Part shown: positions 1 to 9,862 of the stretch, piece by piece
Position numbering within the stretch: position 1 is the stretch's first letter
How the letters are laid out: every line of letters starts with the position of its first letter
Source of the DNA: Sphingomonadales bacterium
GTDB taxonomy: Bacteria > Pseudomonadota > Alphaproteobacteria > Sphingomonadales > Sphingomonadaceae
Length of the DNA: 34,817 bases
Assembly: GCA_043787435.1 (NCBI GenBank)
Contig: JAYVVA010000011.1
Location: forward strand, 1-34,817
Direction: 5' to 3'
Notes under the pieces: model-generated
What the model saw: only the letters and a program-made list of their open reading frames with translations
Told to the model about the DNA's origin: nothing
Databases searched by the model: none
Program-made: the position numbers and the translations under genes

Positions 1-894
1 CTCAGCCAACGGCGCTTTCAGGCGGCGTTTGACGGTCGTCGGGTCATCGTAATCGAGTAATAGCGCGCCAAGACAGTAGCGGTGAGCTTCGTCAACGCCG
101 TGATAAATCTGCAACCAGCCATGCTCGGTTTCGAGCATTTGCGTACCGCCGCCAATCTTGCGACTTTCCCATCCGGTGGCCGCGCACTCTGCAACAACCC
201 GATGATCACCCCAGTGGATCAGATTTGGTGAGGTGGCAGCCCAGATAATCGGGGAACCAAAATGCAAAGGGGCGGGGCGATGCAGTGCCCAGTAGAGACC
301 ACCTATTTTCCGGGGAAAGAGACAGACATCCCGATTGTCCGGCGCAAAGATCACACCCAGCCGCTCGAGCGTCACGAAGTCGTCGGTAACGGCAAGGGAA
401 GTTGAAATCCCCAGGTCAGAAACAGACGAATAGTTGATATAGTGCCGGCCTTCGATCGTCGTGATCCTCCCATCCTCGCACCCAAATCGCTCGTTCCGGC
501 ATGCCGGGGCTAAAAACGGGGTGTCATCGACGCTGAAGTCGGTTCCGTTCACGCTGCGGGCAAGGCGCAGATGTGACATCGAAGTGAGGAAGGTCTTACG
601 TGGGTCTTTGATAAGCTTTATTTCGCGCGGGTCGGAAAAATCATAGTTTGGATCGTCTCGCTCGAAACGCTTGAGGTTAATGGCCCATCCACCGGCGCCG
701 GGTTCAAGCGTCGGTACCTTGACTTCGTCGGGGTCACAGCCGGCCGCGCTTTCGGCGACCCTGAGCAGCATCACCACCTCATCACGAAACCGGACCACTC
801 CTGCGTTAAACGTGCCGTCAACCTTGAAGTCCGGGCGACTTGGTCTGACCATCTCAGGGGTAACGATGGGATTTGCAGGTGAACGCTTCAACAT
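1..894 (-). CDS. Glycoside hydrolase family 130 protein (mannoside phosphorylase/hydrolase-like), 3' end beyond window
   Basis: Not in the ORF track because there is no stop in the window. Manual translation from ATG at 894 is open to base 1: MLKRSPANPIVTP...FNAGV...LLRVAE...LTSMSHLRLARS...GCEDGRIT...PDNRDVCLFP...LHRP...SPNLIHWG...KIGGG...GWLQIYHG...LGALLLD, a typical GH130 motif series. Confidence 0.85.
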   Translation of the reverse strand, partial: MLKRSPANPIVTPEMVRPSRPDFKVDGTFNAGVVRFRDEVVMLLRVAESAAGCDPDEVKVPTLEPGAGGWAINLKRFERDDPNYDFSDPREIKLIKDPRKTFLTSMSHLRLARSVNGTDFSVDDTPFLAPACRNERFGCEDGRITTIEGRHYINYSSVSDLGISTSLAVTDDFVTLERLGVIFAPDNRDVCLFPRKIGGLYWALHRPAPLHFGSPIIWAATSPNLIHWGDHRVVAECAATGWESRKIGGGTQMLETEHGWLQIYHGVDEAHRYCLGALLLDYDDPTTVKRRLKAPLAE

Positions 895-1483
895 ACATTG
901 TTTTGCCTTATCAAACCCGTATCTTCGCTTTGCCATTTGATAACGCGCCAGTGACGGCCGCCGGCCCAAACAATTTGCCAAGTTTTACCAGCTTGCCGGA
1001 TTTTTCAAACTCCGCGCGGTTGTTGATCGGCTTCACACTTTTGAGGGCCAGACTTTGCTGACACCATAAACCAATAAAACAGGCATCCTGAATAAGGTTT
1101 CATATAATTTCCTCTGAGTAATATTTGAAAAATATACCATTGTTTTATAAAGAATTCTATTCTGAGAAAATATATCAAATAATCATATTACTATTTTTGA
1201 GTTTATCGATCTGATTATTTTGTCTATTTACCTATAGATGATGAAGGTAGCCTGTTTTGCCATACAACCGGTCACAAATAGCCTTCTTAACAGGTTGAAG
1301 GGGCCCCTCCCCGAACGCAGACAGATCGGACTGGTCGATCATTCTGATTTTTTTCCAATGCGCCGTCATAGCGGCGATCAGTGGCTCGACAGGCGGTGGT
1401 TTGGCAGCCACGGCCTTCCCATGCTCGTACCGGAAGGTACCGTTGTGCCGCGTGCAGCGGCGGCGACCGAAGCCAGCGGCCTG

Positions 1484-1970
1484 CTACAGAAAGTCACCTT
1501 GATCGTTGGATGCCTTCAAGAAACACACGCCTCTCCGACGGCAGGCGAAGCTCGACGTCCTGGGGTTCACACGCGAAATTCCACAATCGCGCTCCGCGCC
1601 AGTCGCCCCGATGCGCCCGGCTGCATTAAGCTTGTTGCAGGGGACGTAAAACGGCGCGCGATGCAGTCATTAGTCATCTCGACCTCGACTAGCCGCTCGC
1701 TCCCGTCCGTGTCGAAGCTGAAAATGTCATAGCCGACACGATCGCCATCGCCATCGCGATGCAACGCCCACAGGATTCTCGCGGCCAGATTGCTCCAGCC
1801 TGCGGAGGGCCGGCCGGCGGGCATGTGGGCGAGGATACGCTCCTGACAGCTGCGACCCAGTGCACGATTGCGGGAATCCCACTTCGTACTTCGAGCAATG
1901 GCAGCCATCTGTTCGAGTTCGCCGGGCGGCGGCGCATTCCTGCGCGCCGGCGCACGGCGCTCGATTATGG
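1484..1970 (-). pseudogene. Degenerate DUF3883 (PD-(D/E)XK-like nuclease domain) gene remnant
   Basis: Fragments in shifting frames: PPPGELEQMAAIAR...RNRALGR...ERILAH...DGDG..GYDIFSFDTDGSERLVEV; RAPFYV; LWNFACEP. The N-terminus is missing and the boundaries are approximate. Confidence 0.65.
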
Positions 1971-2384
1971 CGGTGCTCGCCTGCGCGAATGCGGGCTTGC
2001 CTCAAATGGAGGTCAGAGGCTTATGAGCAACTGACATTCCTAACCAAAATATTGTTCTCGTTTTGCTATGCTGCTGTGCGTGCCGTCAAAAATTCTGGGT
2101 GTTGATTTCGTTGGATAATTTTGTCCTTCCTCGTAAATCAGCATTTCAAGATCAATCGCCAATTTTCGCTTCATTCGCTGATTTCCCAATGGCCTTCCGC
2201 CGTTGCGGCCGCCCAGATCATCACTCAAAATTAACATCATAAGCCGATTGTTTGCGCGTCCAGCGGACCGACGAATAACTTAAACATGTTCGTTCCCCAC
2301 CCTGCGAAGAAGAAATACCGCGCATTTCAGGTGCGCGACAATTCCTTTCACGTTTGTGATCCGTTGCCTCGATTGCAGATGTAG

Positions 2385-3443
2385 TCACCGACGCCTCAGC
2401 TCGGCAAGCTGGGCTTCAAGCTGCGGCACCAGATCCCGGGCAGTGCGGGCCGCACCCATCAGAGTGGCCGATCCGGCGCCACTCCAGTCACCGTAGCCTG
2501 CAAGCCACAAAGCCGGTTCCTTGATCGACTGCTGCGCGTTCAGGTCGACACTTCCGCCGTCTTCGACGACGCCCAGACTGGCGAGATGCCCAAGCGCTGG
2601 CCGATATCCCGTACACCAGATAACCGCATCAGCTACGGTCTCCGAACCGTTCGACCAAATAACCCCGCTAGGCGTCATTCGCTTAAACGGGCGAACGGTG
2701 TGGAGCACTCCGCGAATTCGTGCTTCCCGAACGGGGGGCACCATCACGATATCTCCGATACCACCGACCGGCGTCTCACTGGGGCCTGCCTTGAGTCGGG
2801 CGGTCGCCCGTTCGAACAATATACGTCCGTCCACATCGTCGGGAAGAAATAAGGGGTCGTTCTGAGTAACCCATACGGTTGTCGCAACCTGCGAAACCTC
2901 TGCGAGAATCTGGGCACCGCTATTTCCGCCGCCAACTATCAGCAACGTCCGACCGGCAAATTCGTCCGGCCTGACATAGTGGGCAGAATGGATCTGAAGC
3001 CCGCGAAACATGTCGCGTCCGGCTATGTCGGGAATGAAGGGATGGGACCAGGTGCCCGTGGCGCTGACCACGATTTTGCCGCCGAAGCGACCACGGTCGG
3101 TGATCACTTCCAGGTGACCATCTGCGCGCTCGACGGCCTCGACCTGCACCGGGCGTTCGATCGGCAGACTGTACCGAGTTTCATAGCGCGCGAGATATTC
3201 GAGAACGCCGTCGCGGGTCGGATAGCCACTAGGGGACGGTATCGGCATGAGCCAGCCTGGAAGTGAACTGTAGCCGGCGGGAGAAAACAGGTGGAGCGAG
3301 TCCCAGCCATGACGCCAAGCGCCGCCTGGACCGGCCTCAGCATCCAGAATTTGGAAATCGACGCTGGCACGCCGGAGATAATAGCCGAGCGCGAGGCCCA
3401 TCTGGCCGCCGCCGATAATGAGGACGTCCCGAAGATCTGCCAT
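2385..3443 (-). CDS. arsO: ArsO-family NAD(P)H-dependent flavin-containing monooxygenase
   Basis: GGGQMG FAD-binding motif, FMO signature [11 protein letters not shown], second Rossmann motif GGGNSG; lies within an arsenic cluster. Confidence 0.8.
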   Translation of the reverse strand: MADLRDVLIIGGGQMGLALGYYLRRASVDFQILDAEAGPGGAWRHGWDSLHLFSPAGYSSLPGWLMPIPSPSGYPTRDGVLEYLARYETRYSLPIERPVQVEAVERADGHLEVITDRGRFGGKIVVSATGTWSHPFIPDIAGRDMFRGLQIHSAHYVRPDEFAGRTLLIVGGGNSGAQILAEVSQVATTVWVTQNDPLFLPDDVDGRILFERATARLKAGPSETPVGGIGDIVMVPPVREARIRGVLHTVRPFKRMTPSGVIWSNGSETVADAVIWCTGYRPALGHLASLGVVEDGGSVDLNAQQSIKEPALWLAGYGDWSGAGSATLMGAARTARDLVPQLEAQLAELRRR

Positions 3444-3679
3444 CAGGCCCGCCGCCAGCGTTGCAGATCGTCGGGTTTAGGCGGGCCGCCGACGTGGATT
3501 ACCCTGCCGTTGATGACGATACCTGGCGTTGAGACGATACCGAAGTGGGCAACGGCCTCGTAATCCGTGTTCTTCTGGACGGTGACGCGGATCCCGAGCC
3601 TGCCCGCTTCGGCCTTGACCATCTCTTCGGTAGTCTTGCAGCGCACGCAGCCCGGGCCGAGAGTTTTCACGTCTTTCAT
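3443..3679 (-). CDS. Small thioredoxin-like redox-active disulfide protein
   Basis: 78 aa, LGPGCVRC (CxxC) and STPGIVING; its stop overlaps the arsO start codon. Confidence 0.85.
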   Translation of the reverse strand: MKDVKTLGPGCVRCKTTEEMVKAEAGRLGIRVTVQKNTDYEAVAHFGIVSTPGIVINGRVIHVGGPPKPDDLQRWRRA

Positions 3680-3704
3680 CGTCTCATCGTCTCATCGTCT
3701 CATC
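3676..3704. repeat. Tandem repeat (TCATCGTC)x3.6
   Basis: Units start at 3676, 3684 and 3692, with a partial unit at 3700; the array spans the thioredoxin start codon. Confidence 0.9.
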
Positions 3705-3715
3705 ATTTCAGCGTT

Positions 3716-3950
3716 TCACGAAAAAAGGAAATTGAACACGGATCCGACGGCGAGGATGCCCGACGCCACGACAGCGATGAAGATAGCGATGAGCTTTACG
3801 CTGAGCACTTTGCGCAGGATAATCATCTCAGGGAACGACAGGGCAATCACTGACATCATGAAGGCGAGGACGGTGCCCAGAGCTGCGCCCTCGCCCAGCA
3901 GTGCTTCGACCACCGGGATGACGCCCGCCGCGTTGGAGTACATCGGGATT
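3716..3950 (-). pseudogene. C-terminal fragment of ArsP-like (DUF318) permease
   Basis: IPMYSNAAGVIPVVEALL...GTVLAFMMSVIALSFPEMIILRKVL matches the C-terminal part of this ~330-aa permease family; the rest is absent. Confidence 0.8.
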
Positions 3951-4198
3951 GCGGCGATAGCGGATCCATTGGGCGTCGCGCCGGTCGGTCAGGAGACCGA
4001 TGGTCTTCAACCGGGCCTTATGGCGCGACACATGAGACTGGGACACGCCGCGCCGGACCATCAGTTCGCATACGCAATGTTCGCCACCGTCCCAGATTAT
4101 CCCGAGCGCCGATAAACGCGTCGGCTCGGACGGGCGGTCAGCAAATCAACGAGGGAGAGACGATAAGGCGTGCCATGCGCTTGTGCGTCCATCCGCAT
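3945..4198 (-). pseudogene. ArsR/SmtB regulator, frameshifted and 3'-truncated
   Basis: MRMDAQ...LVDLLTA, a frameshift near 4133, then SEPTRLSALGIIWDGGEHCVCELM...SQSHVSRH...RRDAQWIRYRRNP, which runs directly into the permease sequence. Confidence 0.8.
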
Positions 4199-4321
4199 GA
4201 CATCATTGACGCAAGTCAAACAAGTCGGGGCAGCTGAGCGCAAGGACATCTTTTGCTACCTTGCCAGAGCCCGGCTTCAGCTATCGCCAACCCTATACTT
4301 TGATACTTCTCGAATGATGGA

Positions 4322-4750
4322 TTGACCTTCTTCATCGAACGCAGCTATTTCGACGAAATTAGAAGGGTCAGATCGATTAACGACGTCAATCACCAGGTCT
4401 GGGCAGTCGATGCCCTCGGTGCGCTCGCGCATGAAACGCGCCTATCGGTTTTCCGCATGCTAGTGCAGGCCGGGCCTGACGGGCTGATCGCAGGCGCGAT
4501 CGCCGAGCAGGCCGCCGTGCCGCCCTCGACCATGTCGCATCATCTGGCGACGCTGGAGCGCGCGGGCCTCGTCCAGTCGCAGCGCGAAAGCCGCCTCATT
4601 CACTACCGCACCGATTATGCCGGGATGCGCAAGCTGCTCGCCTTTCTGATGCAGGATTGCTGCCAGGGCGCGCCCGAAATGTGCAGCGACCTGTTCGAAG
4701 GCCTCCAATGCAACCCTTCCGAAACCCGAGAAGCGGAGACATCCACGTGA
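4322..4750 (+). CDS. arsR: ArsR arsenic-responsive repressor (C-terminal CC type)
   Basis: ALAHETRLSVFRML, STMSHHLATL and the C-terminal DCCQGAPEMC As(III) site. The start codon is uncertain and probably lies downstream of 4322. Confidence 0.88.
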   Translation: MTFFIERSYFDEIRRVRSINDVNHQVWAVDALGALAHETRLSVFRMLVQAGPDGLIAGAIAEQAAVPPSTMSHHLATLERAGLVQSQRESRLIHYRTDYAGMRKLLAFLMQDCCQGAPEMCSDLFEGLQCNPSETREAETST

Positions 4751-5267
4751 CCGACAAAATCTATAATGTCCTGTTCCTGCGTACCGGCAATTCGGCCCGC
4801 TCGATCCTGGCGAAGCCGTCATGAACAAACTCGGGGAAGGCCGCTTCCAAGCCTATGGCGCCGGCAGCCACCCCAGGGGCGCGGTGCATCCCATGGCGCT
4901 TTCAGTGCTGAGCGGCCACGGCTTCGATGCGGCGGGCATGCGTTCGAAGAGCTGGGATGAGTTCGCGCTACCTGATTCGCCGGTGTTCGATTTCATCTTC
5001 ACGGTTTGCGGCGATGCCGCAGGGGGAACCTGCCCGGTCTGGATGGGTCGTCCCATGACCGCGCATTGGGGGATTGAAGATCCCGCAGCGGTCGAAGGCG
5101 AAGGCCAGCGGGCCGCCTTTCTACAAGCGCTGCCATGTCTCAACCGCCGTATCGAACTGTTCCTGCCCCTTCCTCATGCGAGCATCGACGCGATGGCAAT
5201 GAAGCGCAAACTCAAGGAAATCGGCCAGGGCGCAGGTACCAGCGCCAAGGCGGGACAAGCCGAATGA
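4747..5267 (+). pseudogene. arsC: Thioredoxin-type (LMW-PTPase fold) arsenate reductase, inactivated
   Basis: GTG at 4747 gives TDKIYNVLFL-R-TGNSARSILA (catalytic Cys replaced by Arg), then a 1-nt frameshift near 4811 before MNKLGEGRF...TVCGDAAGGTCPVW...HWGIEDP. Confidence 0.85.
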
Positions 5268-5710
5268 CCGTTCGGACCGACGCTGGCGACATCATTATAT
5301 ATCACAATCCCGCGTGCGGCACGTCGCGCACCGCTCTGGCCATGATCCGCAACGCCGGGATCGAGCCGCATGTGATCGAATATCTCAAGATGCCGCCGTC
5401 GCGCGCTTTGCTGGAAAGCCTGATCGCCCGTGCCGGCATGGCTCCCCGCGATCTGCTGCGCGAAAATGGCACCCCTTTTGCCGAACTTGGTCTCGACAAT
5501 CCTGCGCTTACCGACGCGCAGCTGATCGACGCGATGATGGACCATCCGATCCTGTTAAACAGGCCGCTGGTCGTCTCCCCGCTCGGCGTGAAGCTCTGCC
5601 GTCCGTCCGAAGCCGTGCTCGATCTGCTGCCGGCCGCACAACAAGGCGCGTTCGCGAAGGAAGATGGCGAGCAGGTCGCTGACGCCGCCGGCAACCGCGT
5701 CAGCGGCTGA
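5264..5710 (+). CDS. arsC: Glutaredoxin-dependent arsenate reductase
   Basis: IYHNPACGTSR and HPILLNRP...LCRPSE motifs; ATG at 5264 overlaps the upstream stop (ATGA). Confidence 0.93.
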   Translation: MTVRTDAGDIIIYHNPACGTSRTALAMIRNAGIEPHVIEYLKMPPSRALLESLIARAGMAPRDLLRENGTPFAELGLDNPALTDAQLIDAMMDHPILLNRPLVVSPLGVKLCRPSEAVLDLLPAAQQGAFAKEDGEQVADAAGNRVSG

Positions 5711-5725
5711 ACGAGGAATCCTGAT

Positions 5726-6799
5726 ATGAGTGCCCCTTCCGTCCGGCGCGAGCGCCTGTCCTTCCTCGATCGCTTCCTGACGCTGTGGATCTTTCTCGCC
5801 ATGGCGCTCGGCGTCGGGCTGGGCGTGACGTTCGAAGGCCTGCCCAAGGCGCTCGACAGCATGTCGGTCGGATCGACCAATATTCCGATCGCGATCGGCC
5901 TTATCCTGATGATGTATCCGCCGCTTGCCCGCGTCCGCTACGAAGAGCTGCCGCGGGTGTTCGAGGACAAACGCGTGCTGGCGATTTCGCTGATCCAGAA
6001 CTGGATCATCGGTCCGGTGCTGATGTTCGCGCTGGCCGTCCTCTTCCTCAGTGATAAGCCGGAATATATGACCGGCCTCATCCTGATCGGCCTGGCGCGC
6101 TGCATCGCGATGGTGATCGTATGGAACCAGCTTGCCAAGGGGGACAACCAATATGTCGCGGCGCTCGTCGCGTTAAACTCGCTGTTCCAGATCCTGTTCT
6201 TCAGCATCTATGCCTGGTTCTTCCTCGCCTTCCTTCCACCGCGGCTGGGGCTACAAGGCAGCGTCATCGACGTGAGCTTCTGGACGATCGCGCAGGCCGT
6301 GCTGATCTACCTTGGCGTCCCGTTCCTCGCCGGATACCTGACCCGCAAGTGGCTCGCCAAGGCCAAGGGCAACGACTGGTACGAGCAGCGATTCCTGCCC
6401 AGGATCGGGCCGATCACGCTGGTGGCGCTGCTCTTCACCATCGTCGCCATGTTCAGTCTCAAGGGCAATGAGATCGTCACGCTGCCCGGAGACACGATCC
6501 GGATCGCCATTCCGTTGACGATCTATTTCATCGTCCAGTTCTCGATCAGCTTCTTGATGGGCAAGCTCATCGCCAGCGATTATCCGCGCACCACTGCCGT
6601 TGCCTTCACCGCCGCCGGCAATAATTTCGAGCTGGCCATTGCCGTCGCGATTGCCGCATTCGGCCTTGCCTCGCCGGTGGCCTTTGCTGCGGTCATCGGG
6701 CCGCTAGTCGAGGTGCCGGTGCTGATCCTGCTGGTCAACGTCGCCTTCTGGTTCGGGCGCCGCTGGTTCCCCGACACCGTTCCAGCGCGCGGCCAATGA
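5726..6799 (+). CDS. acr3: Acr3-family arsenite efflux transporter
   Basis: [38 protein letters not shown] and GPLVEVPV motifs; multi-TM protein. Confidence 0.95.
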   Translation: MSAPSVRRERLSFLDRFLTLWIFLAMALGVGLGVTFEGLPKALDSMSVGSTNIPIAIGLILMMYPPLARVRYEELPRVFEDKRVLAISLIQNWIIGPVLMFALAVLFLSDKPEYMTGLILIGLARCIAMVIVWNQLAKGDNQYVAALVALNSLFQILFFSIYAWFFLAFLPPRLGLQGSVIDVSFWTIAQAVLIYLGVPFLAGYLTRKWLAKAKGNDWYEQRFLPRIGPITLVALLFTIVAMFSLKGNEIVTLPGDTIRIAIPLTIYFIVQFSISFLMGKLIASDYPRTTAVAFTAAGNNFELAIAVAIAAFGLASPVAFAAVIGPLVEVPVLILLVNVAFWFGRRWFPDTVPARGQ

Positions 6800-7560
6800 G
6801 CGGCGACGGCATGATCTTCGAGCGCGTGCGTCCACTGCCGGCCCCAGACATCCTTCCGGCGCTGAAGGCCGAATTCGCGCACCGCCGGCCCGCGCTACGT
6901 CTGGGTTCGCTTAATCCGCCCCCGCGCATTTTGCTGCTCTATGGGAGTCTGCGCGAGCGGTCCTTCTCCCGGCTCGCCGTTGAGGAATCGGCGCGGCTGC
7001 TCCAGTATTTCGGGTGCGAGACGCGCATCTTCGATCCCTCGGACCTGCCGCTGCCCGATCAGGTCGCGGGCGACAATCACCCGGCGGTGGCCGAACTGCG
7101 CGCGCATTCGCTGTGGTCGGAAGGCCAGGTCTGGTGCAGCCCTGAGCGGCACGGGCAGATCACGGGGATCATGAAGACCCAGATCGATCATCTGCCGCTC
7201 GCCTACAGGGGGATGCGGCCGACGCAGGGGCGCACGTTGGCCGTGATGCAGGTTAGCGCGGGTTCGCAGTCGTTCAATAGCGTCAACACGCTGCGCCTCC
7301 TAGGCCGGTGGATGCGGATGTTCACGATCCCCAATCAGTCGAGTGTCGCCAAGGCTTTCGCCGAATTTGACGATGATGGGCGCATGAAAGCGTCCGGCTA
7401 TTACGACCGCATCGTCGATGTGATGGAGGAGCTGGTGCGCTTCACCGTCCTGTTACGGCCCCATGCGGAACAGCTCGCTGACCGCTATTCCGAGCGCCGC
7501 GAAGCCGGCGTCCCGGTGGACACGACAAACGACCCTTCAGCGATCGCGATTACGCCATAA
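6796..7560 (+). CDS. arsH: ArsH NADPH-dependent FMN reductase / organoarsenical oxidase
   Basis: [28 protein letters not shown] and [10 protein letters not shown] motifs. Confidence 0.95.
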   Translation: MSGDGMIFERVRPLPAPDILPALKAEFAHRRPALRLGSLNPPPRILLLYGSLRERSFSRLAVEESARLLQYFGCETRIFDPSDLPLPDQVAGDNHPAVAELRAHSLWSEGQVWCSPERHGQITGIMKTQIDHLPLAYRGMRPTQGRTLAVMQVSAGSQSFNSVNTLRLLGRWMRMFTIPNQSSVAKAFAEFDDDGRMKASGYYDRIVDVMEELVRFTVLLRPHAEQLADRYSERREAGVPVDTTNDPSAIAITP

Positions 7561-7758
7561 AACGTGCGAGGATGAGGCCTTGGCTCGGCGACTGCGCGAC
7601 ATTCTGCCAAGAAGCCCGCAGCGAAACGAGCGTTGACCTCTCGCGCGTCGCAGTCAGCGCGGCACGACGCCTATTTCCACGCGGCGTTCGACGCGACGAG
7701 CATTTTGGGTCCTGCGGACTAGTAGTAAAACGCAGTTAACCTCGTCGGTGCCCAGGCA

Positions 7759-8538
7759 CTACATAGCAGACCAACTCTTCCACAGCATATAGAGTGCTAC
7801 GCCAAAAATTAGTACGGCAAAGATACTGTTGAGCAACCCTTTGTAGTTGGACATCCGCTTAGATGCGGCTGCTCCCGCGACACCGCCGATTATACCACCG
7901 CCAATAAAAGTCGCGGCAAGACCCCAATCGACCAGACCGGAAAAGGCGTAGTTGAGCGCGGTCGTCAGGCCAAAGGCGGTGACGGCGACAAGCGAAGAGC
8001 CGACGGCATTGATCATGGGCATGCCGGTAGAGGCCATGAGGCCGGGTACGATCAGGAAGCCGCCGCCAATGCCGAAGAAGCCCGAGAACAGCCCCGTCGC
8101 GCTGCCATAGGCAATGACCTTGGGGGCATTTTCGCGCCCGCACTGGACATCGGGATTTCCCAAATTGCCGCGATTGCGCAGCATCAGCGCGCCGACCACC
8201 AGCATGAGCAACGCGAACAGCAAGAGCAGGTGCTGTCCGTCGAACGCCTTGCCAAGTGTCGAACCGCCATAGGCACCAACCACACCGGCAAGCGCATACA
8301 TGCTCGCGCAGCGCCATTTGACTGTGCCTTGGCGAGCATGGGGAATGAGGTTGGCGCCAGCGTTGGCCGCGACGGCGAGCGCGCTTGTGCCAATCGCAAC
8401 GTGCGGCGAGGCCACGCCTACGAGATAGACCATCAGGGGCACGGCCAAAATCGACCCACCGCCCCCGACCAGACCCAGCGTGAACCCGACGAGCGAGCCC
8501 GAAGCGGCACCCAGCACATATTGGATGGGTTCGAGCAT
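7759..8538 (-). CDS. TauE/SafE-family sulfite exporter
   Basis: Hydrophobic, with duplicated Gly-rich motifs GLVGGGGSILAVP and GFFGIGGGFLIVP. Confidence 0.9.
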   Translation of the reverse strand: MLEPIQYVLGAASGSLVGFTLGLVGGGGSILAVPLMVYLVGVASPHVAIGTSALAVAANAGANLIPHARQGTVKWRCASMYALAGVVGAYGGSTLGKAFDGQHLLLLFALLMLVVGALMLRNRGNLGNPDVQCGRENAPKVIAYGSATGLFSGFFGIGGGFLIVPGLMASTGMPMINAVGSSLVAVTAFGLTTALNYAFSGLVDWGLAATFIGGGIIGGVAGAAASKRMSNYKGLLNSIFAVLIFGVALYMLWKSWSAM

Positions 8539-8545
8539 GGCTGCG

Positions 8546-9475
8546 TTAAAGGCTGTTCAAGGGAAGCTTGAGATAGCGGGTGCCGTTTTCCTCGGGCTCG
8601 GGGAGGTTTCCGCCGCGCATGTTAACCTGGACCGAGGGCAGGATCAGGCGCGGCATTCCGAGTGTCGCGTCGCGTGCTTCGCGCATCGCCACAAACGCCT
8701 CTTCCGTGACGCCGGGATGGACATGGACATTGTTTTGTCGCTCCTCCGCCACCGTCGTCTCCCAGACGAAATGCTCACGGCCCGGCGCTTTGTAATCATG
8801 GCAGAGGAACAGCCGGGTTCGGTCCGGAAGATCGAGCAGACGGTGGATCGACCGGAACAATGTCCCGGCGTTCCCACCCGGGAAGTCCGCGCGAGCGGTG
8901 CCATAATCGGGCATGAACAGCGTATCGCCCACAAAGGCGACGTCGCCGATGACATAGGCCATATCGGCAGGCGTGTGGCCGGGGACATGGAGTGCGATTC
9001 CTTCGAGCGACCCAAGCCGGAAGCGCTCGCCATCCGCCAGCAGCCGATCGAATTGCGAGCCATCCCGCGCGAAGTTCAGACCCTCGTTGAAGATCGCGCC
9101 GAAAGTCGATTGGACCGTCAGAATATCGCGTCCAATCGCGAGTGTGCCGCCTAGCCGCTCGCGCAGATAGGGCGCCGCCGAGAGATGATCGGCGTGGGCA
9201 TGGGTTTCGAACAGCCATTCGATTTCGAGACCTTCGGCCTCAACATAGGCAATTACTTGATCGGCGGAGGCATGCGAGGTTCGCCCCGACGCAGGATCGA
9301 AGTCGAGCACGCTGTCGATTATGGCCGCCTTATGAGTTGCCAGGTCGCTCACGACGTGGGTCGCGGTAAAGGTCACCTCGTCGAAAACGCTGTGCACAAT
9401 AACGCCGCCGGGCGCCGCACCCTCCACAAGGCGCGCAGCTTGGCCAAGGGGCAAGTCGTGTTCCACTGGCGACAA
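8546..9475 (-). CDS. Persulfide dioxygenase (MBL fold, Blh/PdoA-like)
   Basis: ETHAHADH, PGHT, GDTLFMPDYGTARADF and CHDY motifs; sqr context. Start uncertain. Confidence 0.88.
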   Translation of the reverse strand: MSPVEHDLPLGQAARLVEGAAPGGVIVHSVFDEVTFTATHVVSDLATHKAAIIDSVLDFDPASGRTSHASADQVIAYVEAEGLEIEWLFETHAHADHLSAAPYLRERLGGTLAIGRDILTVQSTFGAIFNEGLNFARDGSQFDRLLADGERFRLGSLEGIALHVPGHTPADMAYVIGDVAFVGDTLFMPDYGTARADFPGGNAGTLFRSIHRLLDLPDRTRLFLCHDYKAPGREHFVWETTVAEERQNNVHVHPGVTEEAFVAMREARDATLGMPRLILPSVQVNMRGGNLPEPEENGTRYLKLPLNSL

Positions 9476-9476
9476 C

Positions 9477-9845
9477 CTAAGCGCTCATCGACGCAGCGCC
9501 GGCATGGGCCGCAAACTGGTCGAAGGCCTCGACCGCTTGGGCCGCGTACACGAGGCTCGGTCCGGCGCCCATGTAGAGCGCCATGCTCATCACCTCCATG
9601 ATCTCCTCGCGGGAAGCACCCTGCTTGACTGCGGCCTGGCTGTGAAAGGCGACACAGCCGTCGCAACGGATCGCGACAGAGATGGCGAGCGCGATCAGTT
9701 CCTTGGTCTTGGTGTCGAGCACACCGGCCTCAGTCGCAGCCCTGGCCATCGCTGAGAAGGTCTTGGTCACCTCCGGGCTGCCAAGGCGGACCTCCTTGAT
9801 CGCGCCCGTGAGTTGTGCGGCCATCTCCGGCCAATCCTTATTCAT
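9477..9845 (-). CDS. Carboxymuconolactone decarboxylase/AhpD-like protein
   Basis: LDTKTKELIALAISVAIRCDGCVAFH (CxxC plus H) and GASREEI. Confidence 0.9.
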   Translation of the reverse strand: MNKDWPEMAAQLTGAIKEVRLGSPEVTKTFSAMARAATEAGVLDTKTKELIALAISVAIRCDGCVAFHSQAAVKQGASREEIMEVMSMALYMGAGPSLVYAAQAVEAFDQFAAHAGAASMSA

Positions 9846-9862
9846 AGCGGCAATCCTTTGGT

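Noticed and set aside
1238-1732. 164-aa plus-strand ORF
   Set aside because: No recognisable domain; largely antisense to the DUF3883 relic.
2040-2384. AT-rich spacer with a 66-aa ORF as a possible far attachment site
   Set aside because: No GAGTGGGA core and only one weak arm-like match; the ORF has no recognisable features.
7561-7758. Terminator between convergent arsH and tauE
   Set aside because: No convincing GC stem with a U-tract on either strand.
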